From Thermoplasmata archaeon (GTDB taxonomy: Archaea > Thermoplasmatota > Thermoplasmata > WALJ01), in the NCBI GenBank assembly GCA_027006785.1, contig JALTFR010000032.1, positions 67,685 to 131,684 of the forward strand: DNA of 64,000 nt. The letters are read 5' to 3'. The position numbers and the translations under genes were made by a program. The notes under the pieces are model-generated. The model did not search any database. It was not told where the DNA came from and was given only the letters and a program-made list of their open reading frames with translations. Below are positions 55,632-64,000 of this stretch, piece by piece (within the stretch, counting starts at the first letter, position 1; every line of letters begins with the position of its first letter).

Positions 55632-56756
55632 TTATTCCGCTATTATGAACAGGATCTTCAGAGATGGTGACATACCCCCGAACTCCTTCAGAAGTTCCTC
55701 GTAGATGGGGAGTGCATCCATGCTTTCCATGGCATCCCTGACATCGGCGAAGACCATGCAGCCCTCTGTCCTTTCTGCAAAGGAACTTATGATGAATCGT
55801 ATCATCTCCACATGCTCTTCTATAAGCGGGTTCAGGTGGTCCGGCCCGAGCTCCTTGGATATCTGGAATGCAGGTATGTCCCTGCCAACCCTTTTTCTGA
55901 ATGAATCGGGGTCGTCCGATACGAATGCCAGTATCGGCACATCATCCTTGATGGCCCTTTCGAGCCTTCTGTACGCTGCCTCTCTGTCCACGACCTCAAA
56001 TCCGGGTTCCACGGTTCCGGAATGCTCCTCAGGAGACACCAGAAATGCACGGTAGCGGTATATCGCATAAAGGATGAAGAGCGAGAATATTGAGAAGGAC
56101 ACGGTTGTGAGCGGGTATGCGCTCTCCGCCAGGAGCATGGGTATGAACGATGATACCGTGATAAGTGTGACGGCCACTATGAACCCGGAAAGCCCCACCA
56201 TTATTTGCATTCTTAGTATTTTCATATCACTCTTGATGTATTTGTATATCATGATTACAGTGAACACCAGAGCCATGGAGAATATGTAGATGGTGTACGC
56301 AGTATAGGTTGTAGATGGAACTATTCCCCAGATGCTCTGTCCAAGTCCCTTGTATGGCTCCATATCAGCGATTATCATGTAGCCGGGGTTGACTATGCCG
56401 AGTATTGCGAAGACGAGCGATATTCCATAGAAAAAGTATATGGCGGATTTCCTCCACCTTAACCTGAGCATATATGGAAATACCACTGAGAAATGCACGA
56501 ACGCCGCAGGTGCCAGGGCCATGCCGATAAAGAGGAACTGCGCTCCGAACCATGCCACCCACTCATCGGCTGGAGGCGGACCCGCCATCCTTTCTATCAT
56601 CTCTCCGAAGGACCATATGAAGAAGGAGAAGAAGAGCATGAATGCTGCGAGGTTTCCAGGCTTCCTTATATCCGAAAGGAATAGCCGTATGAGGATCGCC
56701 GCCCCGAGTATAACAGCGAAGAGCGCAGGCCAGAAAGCATGAGGGAACCACATCAA
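55632..56756 (-). CDS. 7TM membrane sensor with C-terminal DUF835-like cytoplasmic domain
   Basis: Seven N-terminal TM helices then a soluble domain with the DUF835-like ending ...PILAFVSDDPDSFR...MVFADVRDAMESM. Confidence 0.5.
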   Translation of the reverse strand: MMWFPHAFWPALFAVILGAAILIRLFLSDIRKPGNLAAFMLFFSFFIWSFGEMIERMAGPPPADEWVAWFGAQFLFIGMALAPAAFVHFSVVFPYMLRLRWRKSAIYFFYGISLVFAILGIVNPGYMIIADMEPYKGLGQSIWGIVPSTTYTAYTIYIFSMALVFTVIMIYKYIKSDMKILRMQIMVGLSGFIVAVTLITVSSFIPMLLAESAYPLTTVSFSIFSLFILYAIYRYRAFLVSPEEHSGTVEPGFEVVDREAAYRRLERAIKDDVPILAFVSDDPDSFRKRVGRDIPAFQISKELGPDHLNPLIEEHVEMIRFIISSFAERTEGCMVFADVRDAMESMDALPIYEELLKEFGGMSPSLKILFIIAE

Positions 56757-56802
56757 TGAACTCTTTCATTCGAAGTTTAAAAGTTTTTGCACATCTTTTC
56801 GC

Positions 56803-57636
56803 TCACAGGACGCAGCACCTTTCCCGCACCTCCCACTCATACCCCTCCTTCTCAGCCCACTTCTTGGTTTTCTCGGTGGGAAGCACTATGCCGGTGAAAC
56901 CCAGCTCTATCGCATATCTCTCCATCTCCCAGTAGTCGCCAGCCCTCGGCCTCATGCAGCCGATGACCCTTTCACCGTGGAATCCATCACTCTCTTTCAT
57001 GACCTTCTTTATGTCATCGAGGGAAGGTGGACTCACACCCTCCATTTCAGTCCCTCTGGTTGGGATGAGCGCATTTATCACCATCTTCTTTGCTTTGCTG
57101 GTCTTCACAGCATCAATGGCCCTGAACTCCCCTTTTATCTTTCCATAATGCAGGCCGATGGTTATGTGCGGAGAATGTGGAATTCCTTCGGCATCCAGTT
57201 CATTGAGCGCATTGAGATAATCATCCGCTTTCCTGTCCAGGTGATAGACCTCCTGTACCGTTTCATCGGAGCCCACCACATCCAGCGATACCATGTCAGG
57301 ATGCATTATCTTCAGGGCCTGCAATGTGCTATCCCTCATCAAGCCAACATGCACATTGACCTTCAGGTCCGAGTATATCTTCACCTTTCGTATAAGGTGT
57401 GCGAACGGCTCTATCGGAACGCTGCCGTCATCCCGCGCTCCCCCGCTCAGAAGGAAACCCTCTGCGCCCTCTCCCGATATCCTTTCAAGGACCTCTATGA
57501 GCCTTTGAGGGTTCTCGGCAGGTATCATCCCTTCAAGGTAGTGGCGGTTGCAGTGAGCGCAGTTGAGAGCGCAGGCCCTTCCGGTCACTGATATGCTCGG
57601 GAACCTCTTTCCTGGAACATAGGCTATGAGCTTCAC
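56803..57636 (-). CDS. small radical SAM domain protein, function unknown
   Basis: CALNCAHC (CxxxCxxC), glycine-rich SAM site GFLLSGGA, partial TIM barrel; divergent from nadA. Confidence 0.65.
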   Translation of the reverse strand: MKLIAYVPGKRFPSISVTGRACALNCAHCNRHYLEGMIPAENPQRLIEVLERISGEGAEGFLLSGGARDDGSVPIEPFAHLIRKVKIYSDLKVNVHVGLMRDSTLQALKIMHPDMVSLDVVGSDETVQEVYHLDRKADDYLNALNELDAEGIPHSPHITIGLHYGKIKGEFRAIDAVKTSKAKKMVINALIPTRGTEMEGVSPPSLDDIKKVMKESDGFHGERVIGCMRPRAGDYWEMERYAIELGFTGIVLPTEKTKKWAEKEGYEWEVRERCCVL

Positions 57637-57718
57637 GGCTCTGCATACACATCTCTATTTAAGAGATGCCCGCTTTTCCGACAAAATCTTTATACACAGC
57701 CCTTTTCTTCCGCTCCTG

Positions 57719-58648
57719 ATGCCCTCCCCCGAGGAATTGAAGGAAAGGATACTACGGCTCAAGGAAGAGCGAAACGCCGTTATTCTGGCCCATAACTATC
57801 AGATACCGGATATCCAGGATATTGCGGATTTTCTTGGGGATTCGCTGGCACTCGCCATAAAGGCCAGGGAGATTGAGGAAGATGTCATAGTCTTCTGCGG
57901 CGTTGATTTCATGGCAGAGACAGCTGCCATATTGAACCCTGATAAGACCGTGATAATCCCTGATACAAAGGCGAAGTGCCCTCTGGCAGGCATGGTGGAT
58001 GCCGAAGGGCTGAGAAAAATGAAGGAGGAGCATCCAGACGCTGCGGTGGTCTCATATGTGAACACAACGGCCGAGACGAAGGCGCTCTCCGATTACTGCT
58101 GCACCTCAGCCAACGCTGTTGAGGTCGTTAAAGCCGTACCTAACAAAAAGGTCATATTCACTCCCGATAGGAATCTGGGCGCCTATGTGAGGTCCCAGGT
58201 GAAGGACAAGGAGATAATACTCTGGCCGGGATTCTGTGCTACCCACGATGCCCTGCGCGTGGAGGACTTCATGCAATTGAAAAAGGAGCATCCTGAGGCT
58301 GAGATACTCGCGCACCCCGAGTGCAGGCCCGAGGTCCTTGAGATAGCGGACCATGTATTCTCCACGGGCGGAATGGTGAAGCATGTGCGCTCCTCTTCAA
58401 AGAAGGAGTTCATAGTTGGCACGGAGAAGGACATGGCATATCGCCTGAAGAAGGAGAATCCTGACAAGATATTCTACACCCTAGACAGGGCCATATGCCC
58501 CACGATGAAGAAGATAACCCTTGAGAACCTTCTGGAAGCGCTCGAGAACATGGCCCCTGTCGTTAAGGTTCCGGAGGAACTGGCCGAAAAGGCAAGGGTT
58601 CCCATAGAGCGGATGATAGAGATAGGAAGGGGAGAGAGGACCGGTTAG
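57719..58648 (+). CDS. nadA: quinolinate synthase NadA
   Basis: AVILAHNYQIPDIQDIADFLGDSL, conserved Cys in the NadA positions; start at MPSPEEL within the longer ORF. Confidence 0.85.
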   Translation: MPSPEELKERILRLKEERNAVILAHNYQIPDIQDIADFLGDSLALAIKAREIEEDVIVFCGVDFMAETAAILNPDKTVIIPDTKAKCPLAGMVDAEGLRKMKEEHPDAAVVSYVNTTAETKALSDYCCTSANAVEVVKAVPNKKVIFTPDRNLGAYVRSQVKDKEIILWPGFCATHDALRVEDFMQLKKEHPEAEILAHPECRPEVLEIADHVFSTGGMVKHVRSSSKKEFIVGTEKDMAYRLKKENPDKIFYTLDRAICPTMKKITLENLLEALENMAPVVKVPEELAEKARVPIERMIEIGRGERTG

Positions 58649-58676
58649 TTTTTTAATCTCCGGCATATCCCACATC

Positions 58677-59735
58677 GTGCGTTATATCTATGCTCTGTGT
58701 ACATGGGGCTTGGGCCATGCGTCCCGTTCTCTGCCTGTTATGAGGGCACTTCTGAAAGAAGGCCATGAGATAACCATACTGACATCCGGCAGAAGCCTGA
58801 GGATGCTCAGGAATGAGTTGGGCGATTCGGTGGAATATGTGGACCTCGTATCCTATCCCGACCCATACTCGGCCGGGCGCTTTTCATTCTACCTCAAGTT
58901 CGGGCTCAAGGTCCCAGGCATGATAAGGACATTCAGGAAGGAGCACGAGATAGTGAAGAAACTGATGGAGGAGAAAAAATACCACCGTATAATCTCTGAC
59001 AACCGCTACGGTGTTTACAGCCACAGAATACCATCGTTCCTGATAACCCACCAGTTGAGGCTCATAGCGCCAAAGAGGATAGGCTTCATAGAGAGGATAG
59101 GGGAGCGCTTCGTTGCCGCATATCAGGACGATTTCGACGCATTCATAGTTCCTGATGATGAGGAGGGAACTCTTTCCGGGGAACTTTCACACGATCTGCG
59201 CTACCTTCCAAAGAAGAAAATACTGTACTCCGGCCCGCTTTCCGACTTCTCCAGAAAGGAGACGGAGCAGGACATAGACCTGCTGATATCCATATCCGGC
59301 CCGGAGCCACAGAGAAGCCTTTTCGAGAGGATCGTTCACGACGAGCAAAAGAATTTTCCGAAGAACACCGTGATAACCCTTGGAAAGAGCGAGACATTCA
59401 AAGAAGGCAGCTGGAAGAGCGCGAAGGTCTACACATATCTCAGCAAGGAGGAGAGGGAGGACATAATGAACCGCTCGAAGCTCATACTCTCCCGCTCAGG
59501 ATATTCCACGATAATGGACCTAGCCATCCTGGGAAAGAGGGCCATATTCGTTCCGACACCCGGTCAGACAGAGCAGGAATATCTTTCCGACTACCACATG
59601 GAGAAAGGGACATATTACTCAATGGACCAGTCCGTCTTTTCCCTGAGGAAAGCTTTATCAGAATCTAAGAGATACAGTGGAATAGCGATGGACGGCAGGA
59701 AGTCCGTGGAAAGGATACTTGACCTGGTGGGATGA
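58677..59735 (+). CDS. GT-B fold glycosyltransferase (GT1/GT28-like, MGT/UDP-glycosyltransferase type)
   Basis: CTWGLGHASRSLPVMRALLKEGHEITILT N-terminal Rossmann and C-terminal nucleotide-sugar-binding half. Confidence 0.65.
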   Translation: MRYIYALCTWGLGHASRSLPVMRALLKEGHEITILTSGRSLRMLRNELGDSVEYVDLVSYPDPYSAGRFSFYLKFGLKVPGMIRTFRKEHEIVKKLMEEKKYHRIISDNRYGVYSHRIPSFLITHQLRLIAPKRIGFIERIGERFVAAYQDDFDAFIVPDDEEGTLSGELSHDLRYLPKKKILYSGPLSDFSRKETEQDIDLLISISGPEPQRSLFERIVHDEQKNFPKNTVITLGKSETFKEGSWKSAKVYTYLSKEEREDIMNRSKLILSRSGYSTIMDLAILGKRAIFVPTPGQTEQEYLSDYHMEKGTYYSMDQSVFSLRKALSESKRYSGIAMDGRKSVERILDLVG

Positions 59736-60346
59736 AAATGGATACGAATGATATATGTGAGCACCTGAAGAACGACGGGGTCATCGTTTACCCGACCGAT
59801 ACATTGTACGCTCTGGGCGCTCTCGCGTTCTACCATGAAAAGGCCATAATGAAGGTCTTTGAACTGAAGAGGATGCAGCCAAAGGTGCTCAGCGTTGCAT
59901 TCCCAGACTTTGCGACAGCAAGGAAGTACGCCGATGTTCCCCATGAGTTCTCCCACATATTCCCTGCGCCGCTGACGGTCATCGCACATTCATACTCCAG
60001 ATGGAACCATGTGACCCTACATGATAAGATGGCAATCAGGATACCGGCCAACGACACGGCCCTGGAACTTCTGAGGGAATGCGGGCCCATGACGGCGACG
60101 AGCGCCAACATACACAACGGCCCGAACCTGACACTTCAGGAGATAAAGGAGACATTCGGAGATGAGGTTCTCATAGTCGATGGGGAGGAACCGAAGTACA
60201 TGCAGCCGTCCACCATCGTGGATGTGGTTGAGGGAAAGGTAGTCAGGGCAGGAGCATATCCAGTGCATCAGATACCCAGACACACAGAACGGCGGGAGAG
60301 GAACCCATCGGGCTTGCCATATCCGATGGACGAGATACTGCGCTAG
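59732..60346 (+). CDS. tsaC: L-threonylcarbamoyladenylate synthase (YrdC/TsaC type)
   Basis: VIVYPTDTLYALGA and SANIHNGP motifs of YrdC. Confidence 0.8.
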   Translation: MKMDTNDICEHLKNDGVIVYPTDTLYALGALAFYHEKAIMKVFELKRMQPKVLSVAFPDFATARKYADVPHEFSHIFPAPLTVIAHSYSRWNHVTLHDKMAIRIPANDTALELLRECGPMTATSANIHNGPNLTLQEIKETFGDEVLIVDGEEPKYMQPSTIVDVVEGKVVRAGAYPVHQIPRHTERRERNPSGLPYPMDEILR

Positions 60347-61320
60347 AGGTAGCCGTACCTTTTCAGAGTATCGCCGAGAACCTCATTGACCACCTTTATT
60401 TCGTCGGGTCTCAGGTCCTTCTTCCACCTTCCGACATGCCCTTTGCTCAGGTCTATGTCCATCATCTTTTTCTCGAACCCTATCCCGAGAAAATCACATA
60501 TCTTCCTCAACTCTTTTTCAGGGTTCTTTATGGCATCCTCCATCCTCACCTCATAGTATGACCCGTCCGGCATCTTCCTCTTCTCTTCTTCCCATTTGTC
60601 GAGTATGTTCCTTATCCAGATGGCATTGTCGTGAGCGCTGTTACCACCCCATGACTTGCTTTTGTAGGAACTGACCACATCTCTCATGTCCCGGTAGATG
60701 TGTATGAGTTTCATATGAGGGAACATCTCCAGAAGGAATGTTGCGTGCAAGATGTTGAAGGGCGTGTGGTCCAGCCACATAGTCTTTCCTGCCCTTTTCA
60801 TGGCATGATATGTGAGATGGTTCACAAAATCTCCGGAGATATGTGCAATCTCCTCTCTTTCAAACCTATTTGCAACATAGACCTTCGGGGATAGATGCGC
60901 TCCACTGCCGGTCCAGAACCCTTTGAACTGACGCTCCACCACCTTTTCCATGAAAGCATCGAACTCGCTGATGAATTCCTTTCTCGGCATTATATCACGA
61001 TAAGATACCCATTGTGCGTACATGGGCATAGACATTCCGAGTCTTTTAATCATCTGTCCGCCAATCCTCCTTACCTGTCCCTTTAGCACGGGGGGATATA
61101 TCTGTTTGAGCATCATCTCCCTGAAATCCCGTATCGCTCTGTCGGCCTTCCAGGGCGACCACTGGTCGGAGAGCGCGGGCACGAGGTCTATCAGCCCGTG
61201 AGGATCTATCATGAACCTTGTCTCGAACGGATACCGGTATATTTTGGAATGAAGCCCCAGTATCTGAGACATGATGGTGGTCCCGCTCCGCCCCGTTCCT
61301 CCGATGAATATCTGTCTCAC
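60343..61320 (-). CDS. PAPS-dependent sulfotransferase family protein
   Basis: 5'-PSB motif IFIGGTGRSGTT and 3'-PB motif IYRDMRDVVSS characteristic of sulfotransferases. Confidence 0.7.
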   Translation of the reverse strand: MRQIFIGGTGRSGTTIMSQILGLHSKIYRYPFETRFMIDPHGLIDLVPALSDQWSPWKADRAIRDFREMMLKQIYPPVLKGQVRRIGGQMIKRLGMSMPMYAQWVSYRDIMPRKEFISEFDAFMEKVVERQFKGFWTGSGAHLSPKVYVANRFEREEIAHISGDFVNHLTYHAMKRAGKTMWLDHTPFNILHATFLLEMFPHMKLIHIYRDMRDVVSSYKSKSWGGNSAHDNAIWIRNILDKWEEEKRKMPDGSYYEVRMEDAIKNPEKELRKICDFLGIGFEKKMMDIDLSKGHVGRWKKDLRPDEIKVVNEVLGDTLKRYGYL

Positions 61321-62609
61321 ACTATCACCCCCGATCCTATTCTGATGTGCGGGGTTTTCAATTTTCTGTCTATCGTCCTTCTTCCATCTATAATGGCCTC
61401 CAGCCCAAAGGAATCGTAGTCAATGCTCTTGAACTCGTCCCAGTCCGCCTGTATCATGCATACATCGGCATCTTTCAGGGCAGATTCTGCGCTCTCCGCA
61501 TATTCTATCTCAGGAAATACCTGTTTGAAGTTATCCATGGCCTTCGGGTCATAGGCTATTACCTGAGCGCCCTTTTCAATGAGGCCTTTGACAAGGGGCA
61601 TCGCACGGCTCTCCCTTATGTCGTCCGTATCTGGCTTGAACGCAAGGCCGAGGACAGACACCTTCTTTCCATTCAGATCTCCCACCACTTTCTCAGCCAG
61701 TTCAATCATCCTGAGCGGCTGCCTTTCGTTGAGTTCAAGAACCTCCTCCAGAAGTTCAGGCTCATACCCGTTCTCCTTTGCCAGAGAAACGATGGCTTTC
61801 ACATCTTTGGGGAAGCATGAGCCTCCGAAACCAGCACCTGCGTTCAGGAAATACGGAGAAATGCGGTGGTCCATCCCCACGCCTTCCATAACATCGTAGA
61901 CCTCTATACCAAGCCTGTCGCAGATGTTCGCTATCTCGTTTGCGAAGCTTATCTTCGTTGCAAGGAATGAGTTCGCGGTGTACTTTATCATCTCGGCGGT
62001 GGTCGGTGTTGTAACAAGTATAGGCGCGTCTATTCTCTCATATATCTCGCGGAGCAGGTCTTCGCTCCTTTCATCCAGCACTCCGAGAACTATTCTGTCC
62101 GGGTTCATGCTGTCTTCGAGCGCCACGCCTTCTCTCAGAAATTCGGGGTTCATTGCCACGCTGAATCCCTCTCCTGCCTTCTTTCCGCTCTCCTTTTCAA
62201 CTATCGGAAGAACAAAGCCCTCAGTGGTCCCCGGAACAACGGTGCTCTTCACCACTATTAGATGCCATCCCTTTTCTGCGATGGCTTTTCCCATGTCCCT
62301 TGAAACGCTCTCTATGTATCTCAGGTCTATGCTCCCGTCATCTCTGGAGGGTGTTCCGACGGCTATGAATGTGACATCCGTGCCCTTAACGGCCTCTTTC
62401 ATATCGGTCGTCGCCCTTATCTTCCCTTCCTTCACGAGTTTTGAGAGAAGGTCGTCCATTCCCTTCTCATAGATCGGAGATTTTCCGGAATTGACCATCT
62501 CGACCTTTTCAGGTATCACATCCACGAGGATGACATCGTGGCCGAGACTTGCGAAGGTGACTCCTGTGACCAGACCCACATAGCCGGTTCCTGCAATGGA
62601 GATGCGCAT
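61317..62609 (-). CDS. ugd: UDP-glucose/GDP-mannose 6-dehydrogenase family nucleotide-sugar dehydrogenase
   Basis: MRISIAGTGYVGLV (NAD), catalytic GFGGSCFPKD Cys motif. Confidence 0.85.
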   Translation of the reverse strand: MRISIAGTGYVGLVTGVTFASLGHDVILVDVIPEKVEMVNSGKSPIYEKGMDDLLSKLVKEGKIRATTDMKEAVKGTDVTFIAVGTPSRDDGSIDLRYIESVSRDMGKAIAEKGWHLIVVKSTVVPGTTEGFVLPIVEKESGKKAGEGFSVAMNPEFLREGVALEDSMNPDRIVLGVLDERSEDLLREIYERIDAPILVTTPTTAEMIKYTANSFLATKISFANEIANICDRLGIEVYDVMEGVGMDHRISPYFLNAGAGFGGSCFPKDVKAIVSLAKENGYEPELLEEVLELNERQPLRMIELAEKVVGDLNGKKVSVLGLAFKPDTDDIRESRAMPLVKGLIEKGAQVIAYDPKAMDNFKQVFPEIEYAESAESALKDADVCMIQADWDEFKSIDYDSFGLEAIIDGRRTIDRKLKTPHIRIGSGVIV

Positions 62610-62656
62610 ACACCGGCATCGAAGCCTCTATTAAATATCTTCCCCAATCTTCTTAT

Positions 62657-63523
62657 ATGCAGGTGCGATGCAGTACCGTGAAAGCAGTCATACCGGTAGC
62701 CGGTCTGGGAACGAGGATGCTGCCCTTAACAAAATCGCAGCCAAAGGAGATGCTGCCCGTTTACGACCGGCCCGCGATACAGTATGTGGTGGACGAGGCC
62801 ATAGATTCCGGGATAAAGGACATACTGCTGATAACCGGCAAGGGAAAGAGGGCTATAGAGGACTATTTCAGCCCGAATCTTGAACTTGAGAACTTCCTTC
62901 GCGAGAAGGGAAGGGAGGACGATATACCTCTCATTCGGAACATATCTCCGGGTGTTGACATATACTATGTCCGTCAGAAGGAGCCACGGGGGCTGGGTGA
63001 TGCGGTGATGTACGCTGAAAAGCATGTGGGAACCGAACCCTTCATGGTGCTTCTCGGCGATGACCTGATACTGAACGATGTGCCGGCCAGCAGGCAGATG
63101 ATGGAGGCATACTGGAAATACGACGCTCCGGTCCTTGCGGTGGAGAAGGTGCCGCATGAGGATGTATCCAGGTACGGCATAATCGCGCCCGGAAATGAAC
63201 TTGAGAAAGGCGTCTTCCAGGTGGAAGGGATGGTGGAGAAACCTGAGCCTGATGATGCACCCTCCGATTACGGCATAATCGGCCGATACCTGCTGACCCC
63301 CGAGATATTCACATACCTCCGTGAAACAAAACCCGATAGAAAGGGCGAGATACAGCTAACAGACGCGCTCCGCAGGTACAACAGGGAGCATCCCATGGTC
63401 GCCGTTGAACTCGATGGTCTCAGGCTCGATGTCGGAGGCATGGAGGGATGGCTCATGGCCAATATAAAGGCCGCCATCCTGAAGGAGCCGTCCCTGGCCG
63501 GTAGAATAAAGAAGGAACTATAG
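62657..63523 (+). CDS. galU: UTP--glucose-1-phosphate uridylyltransferase (GalU-like sugar nucleotidyltransferase)
   Basis: KAVIPVAGLGTRMLPLTKSQPKEMLPV signature; true start may be the in-frame GTG at 62678. Confidence 0.8.
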   Translation: MQVRCSTVKAVIPVAGLGTRMLPLTKSQPKEMLPVYDRPAIQYVVDEAIDSGIKDILLITGKGKRAIEDYFSPNLELENFLREKGREDDIPLIRNISPGVDIYYVRQKEPRGLGDAVMYAEKHVGTEPFMVLLGDDLILNDVPASRQMMEAYWKYDAPVLAVEKVPHEDVSRYGIIAPGNELEKGVFQVEGMVEKPEPDDAPSDYGIIGRYLLTPEIFTYLRETKPDRKGEIQLTDALRRYNREHPMVAVELDGLRLDVGGMEGWLMANIKAAILKEPSLAGRIKKEL

Positions 63524-64000
63524 CTCTATTTTTCTTCCTGTCTTTGCCGATTCCATGGCCTTTTCTATCAGTTCCACAGCGTTCATTCCGGAATACATAT
63601 CGGCCACAGGCATCTTCCTCGATTCTACGGATGACACGAAGTCCCTCAGTTCCTCTTTCAGAGGCTCTTTATATGGGATCGTCACGGTTCTCATGCCCTC
63701 GTTCCGAAGTGTAAAATCACCGCCTTCATCATTCAGCCCGCTCTCGTATATCTCGATGATATCTGGCTTCAGGTAGTCTATGCGCGCCGACATCCCTTCG
63801 CCTGTTATCTGGAACTCCCGTACCTTGTTCCCTATCGGGGATAGCCAGCTCTCGAAGATGTATCCTGTGACATCTCCGTAATCCATCCTGAGATGCGCCA
63901 CATCCTCTATCCCTTCCCAGATGTTCTCCTCGATGCTGCACAGCACGCTGTCAGCCTTCCTTTCAAGGACATATGAGTATGTGTCCACATCGTGTATCGC
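63518..64000 (-). CDS. Gfo/Idh/MocA-family oxidoreductase, C-terminal part (N-terminus beyond window end)
   Basis: C-terminal alpha/beta domain typical of Gfo/Idh/MocA (…ELIEKAMESAKTGRKIEL*); ORF open to the window edge. Confidence 0.55.
   Translation of the reverse strand, partial: AIHDVDTYSYVLERKADSVLCSIEENIWEGIEDVAHLRMDYGDVTGYIFESWLSPIGNKVREFQITGEGMSARIDYLKPDIIEIYESGLNDEGGDFTLRNEGMRTVTIPYKEPLKEELRDFVSSVESRKMPVADMYSGMNAVELIEKAMESAKTGRKIEL

Noticed and set aside
1-64000. CRISPR arrays, transposases, integrases, restriction-modification genes
   Set aside because: No regularly spaced direct repeats and no ORFs with DDE/tyrosine-recombinase or methyltransferase/endonuclease motifs were found on reading the six-frame track; the only mobility footprint is the 34-bp direct repeat pair.

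Overview
This window is a 64 kb archaeal chromosomal segment, most likely from a Thermoplasmata-like euryarchaeon. The archaeal hallmarks are aIF1A, Rio1, the KH/Dim2 protein, the PriS primase, an archaeal/eukaryal-type GlyRS, Taw1, KptA, Cgi121, archaeal pantoate kinase and MptE. GC is about 50%, coding is dense, and there are many ATGA/TGATG translational couplings. No tRNA, rRNA, CRISPR, transposase or integrase was recognised.

Housekeeping blocks:
- ArgRS with the conserved aIF1A-Rio1-KH cluster.
- KptA, Cgi121-Tmk, class I fumarate hydratase alpha/beta, Taw1, and crcB with its DUF190 partner.
- PurE, GuaA-B, pantoate kinase and PriS.
- GlyRS, an AsnA-like ligase, RlmE, NadA and YrdC.

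Accessory and unusual content:
- A 6.1 kb gene for a 2039-aa multidomain cell-surface protein (beta-helix, beta-propeller, Ig-like domains, C-terminal TM anchor). It is bracketed by a 34-bp imperfect direct repeat that includes the 3' end of the upstream DUF190 gene.
- Two further Ig-repeat surface proteins, and one secreted protein with a PGF-CTERM-like end.
- A glycosylation cluster (GT1-like, Ugd, GalU, Gfo/Idh/MocA oxidoreductase) that contains a PAPS-type sulfotransferase.
- A seven-gene cassette with two radical SAM enzymes (one SPASM-type, one with a C-terminal HhH), a NifX/NifB-like cluster-carrier domain protein, a binding-protein-like protein and two wHTH regulators. Its function is unknown.
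- An arsenite-efflux module (ACR3-Usp-wHTH).
- A degraded asnA-like gene relic in an intergenic region.
- A frameshifted HhH-domain gene.
- A vWA protein with an AbrB-like N-terminus next to a GAF protein.
- Pterin genes (MptE with a coupled MBL hydrolase, and a beta-RFAP-synthase-like GHMP protein).

All calls rest on reading the six-frame translations and the raw sequence. No database searches were run.
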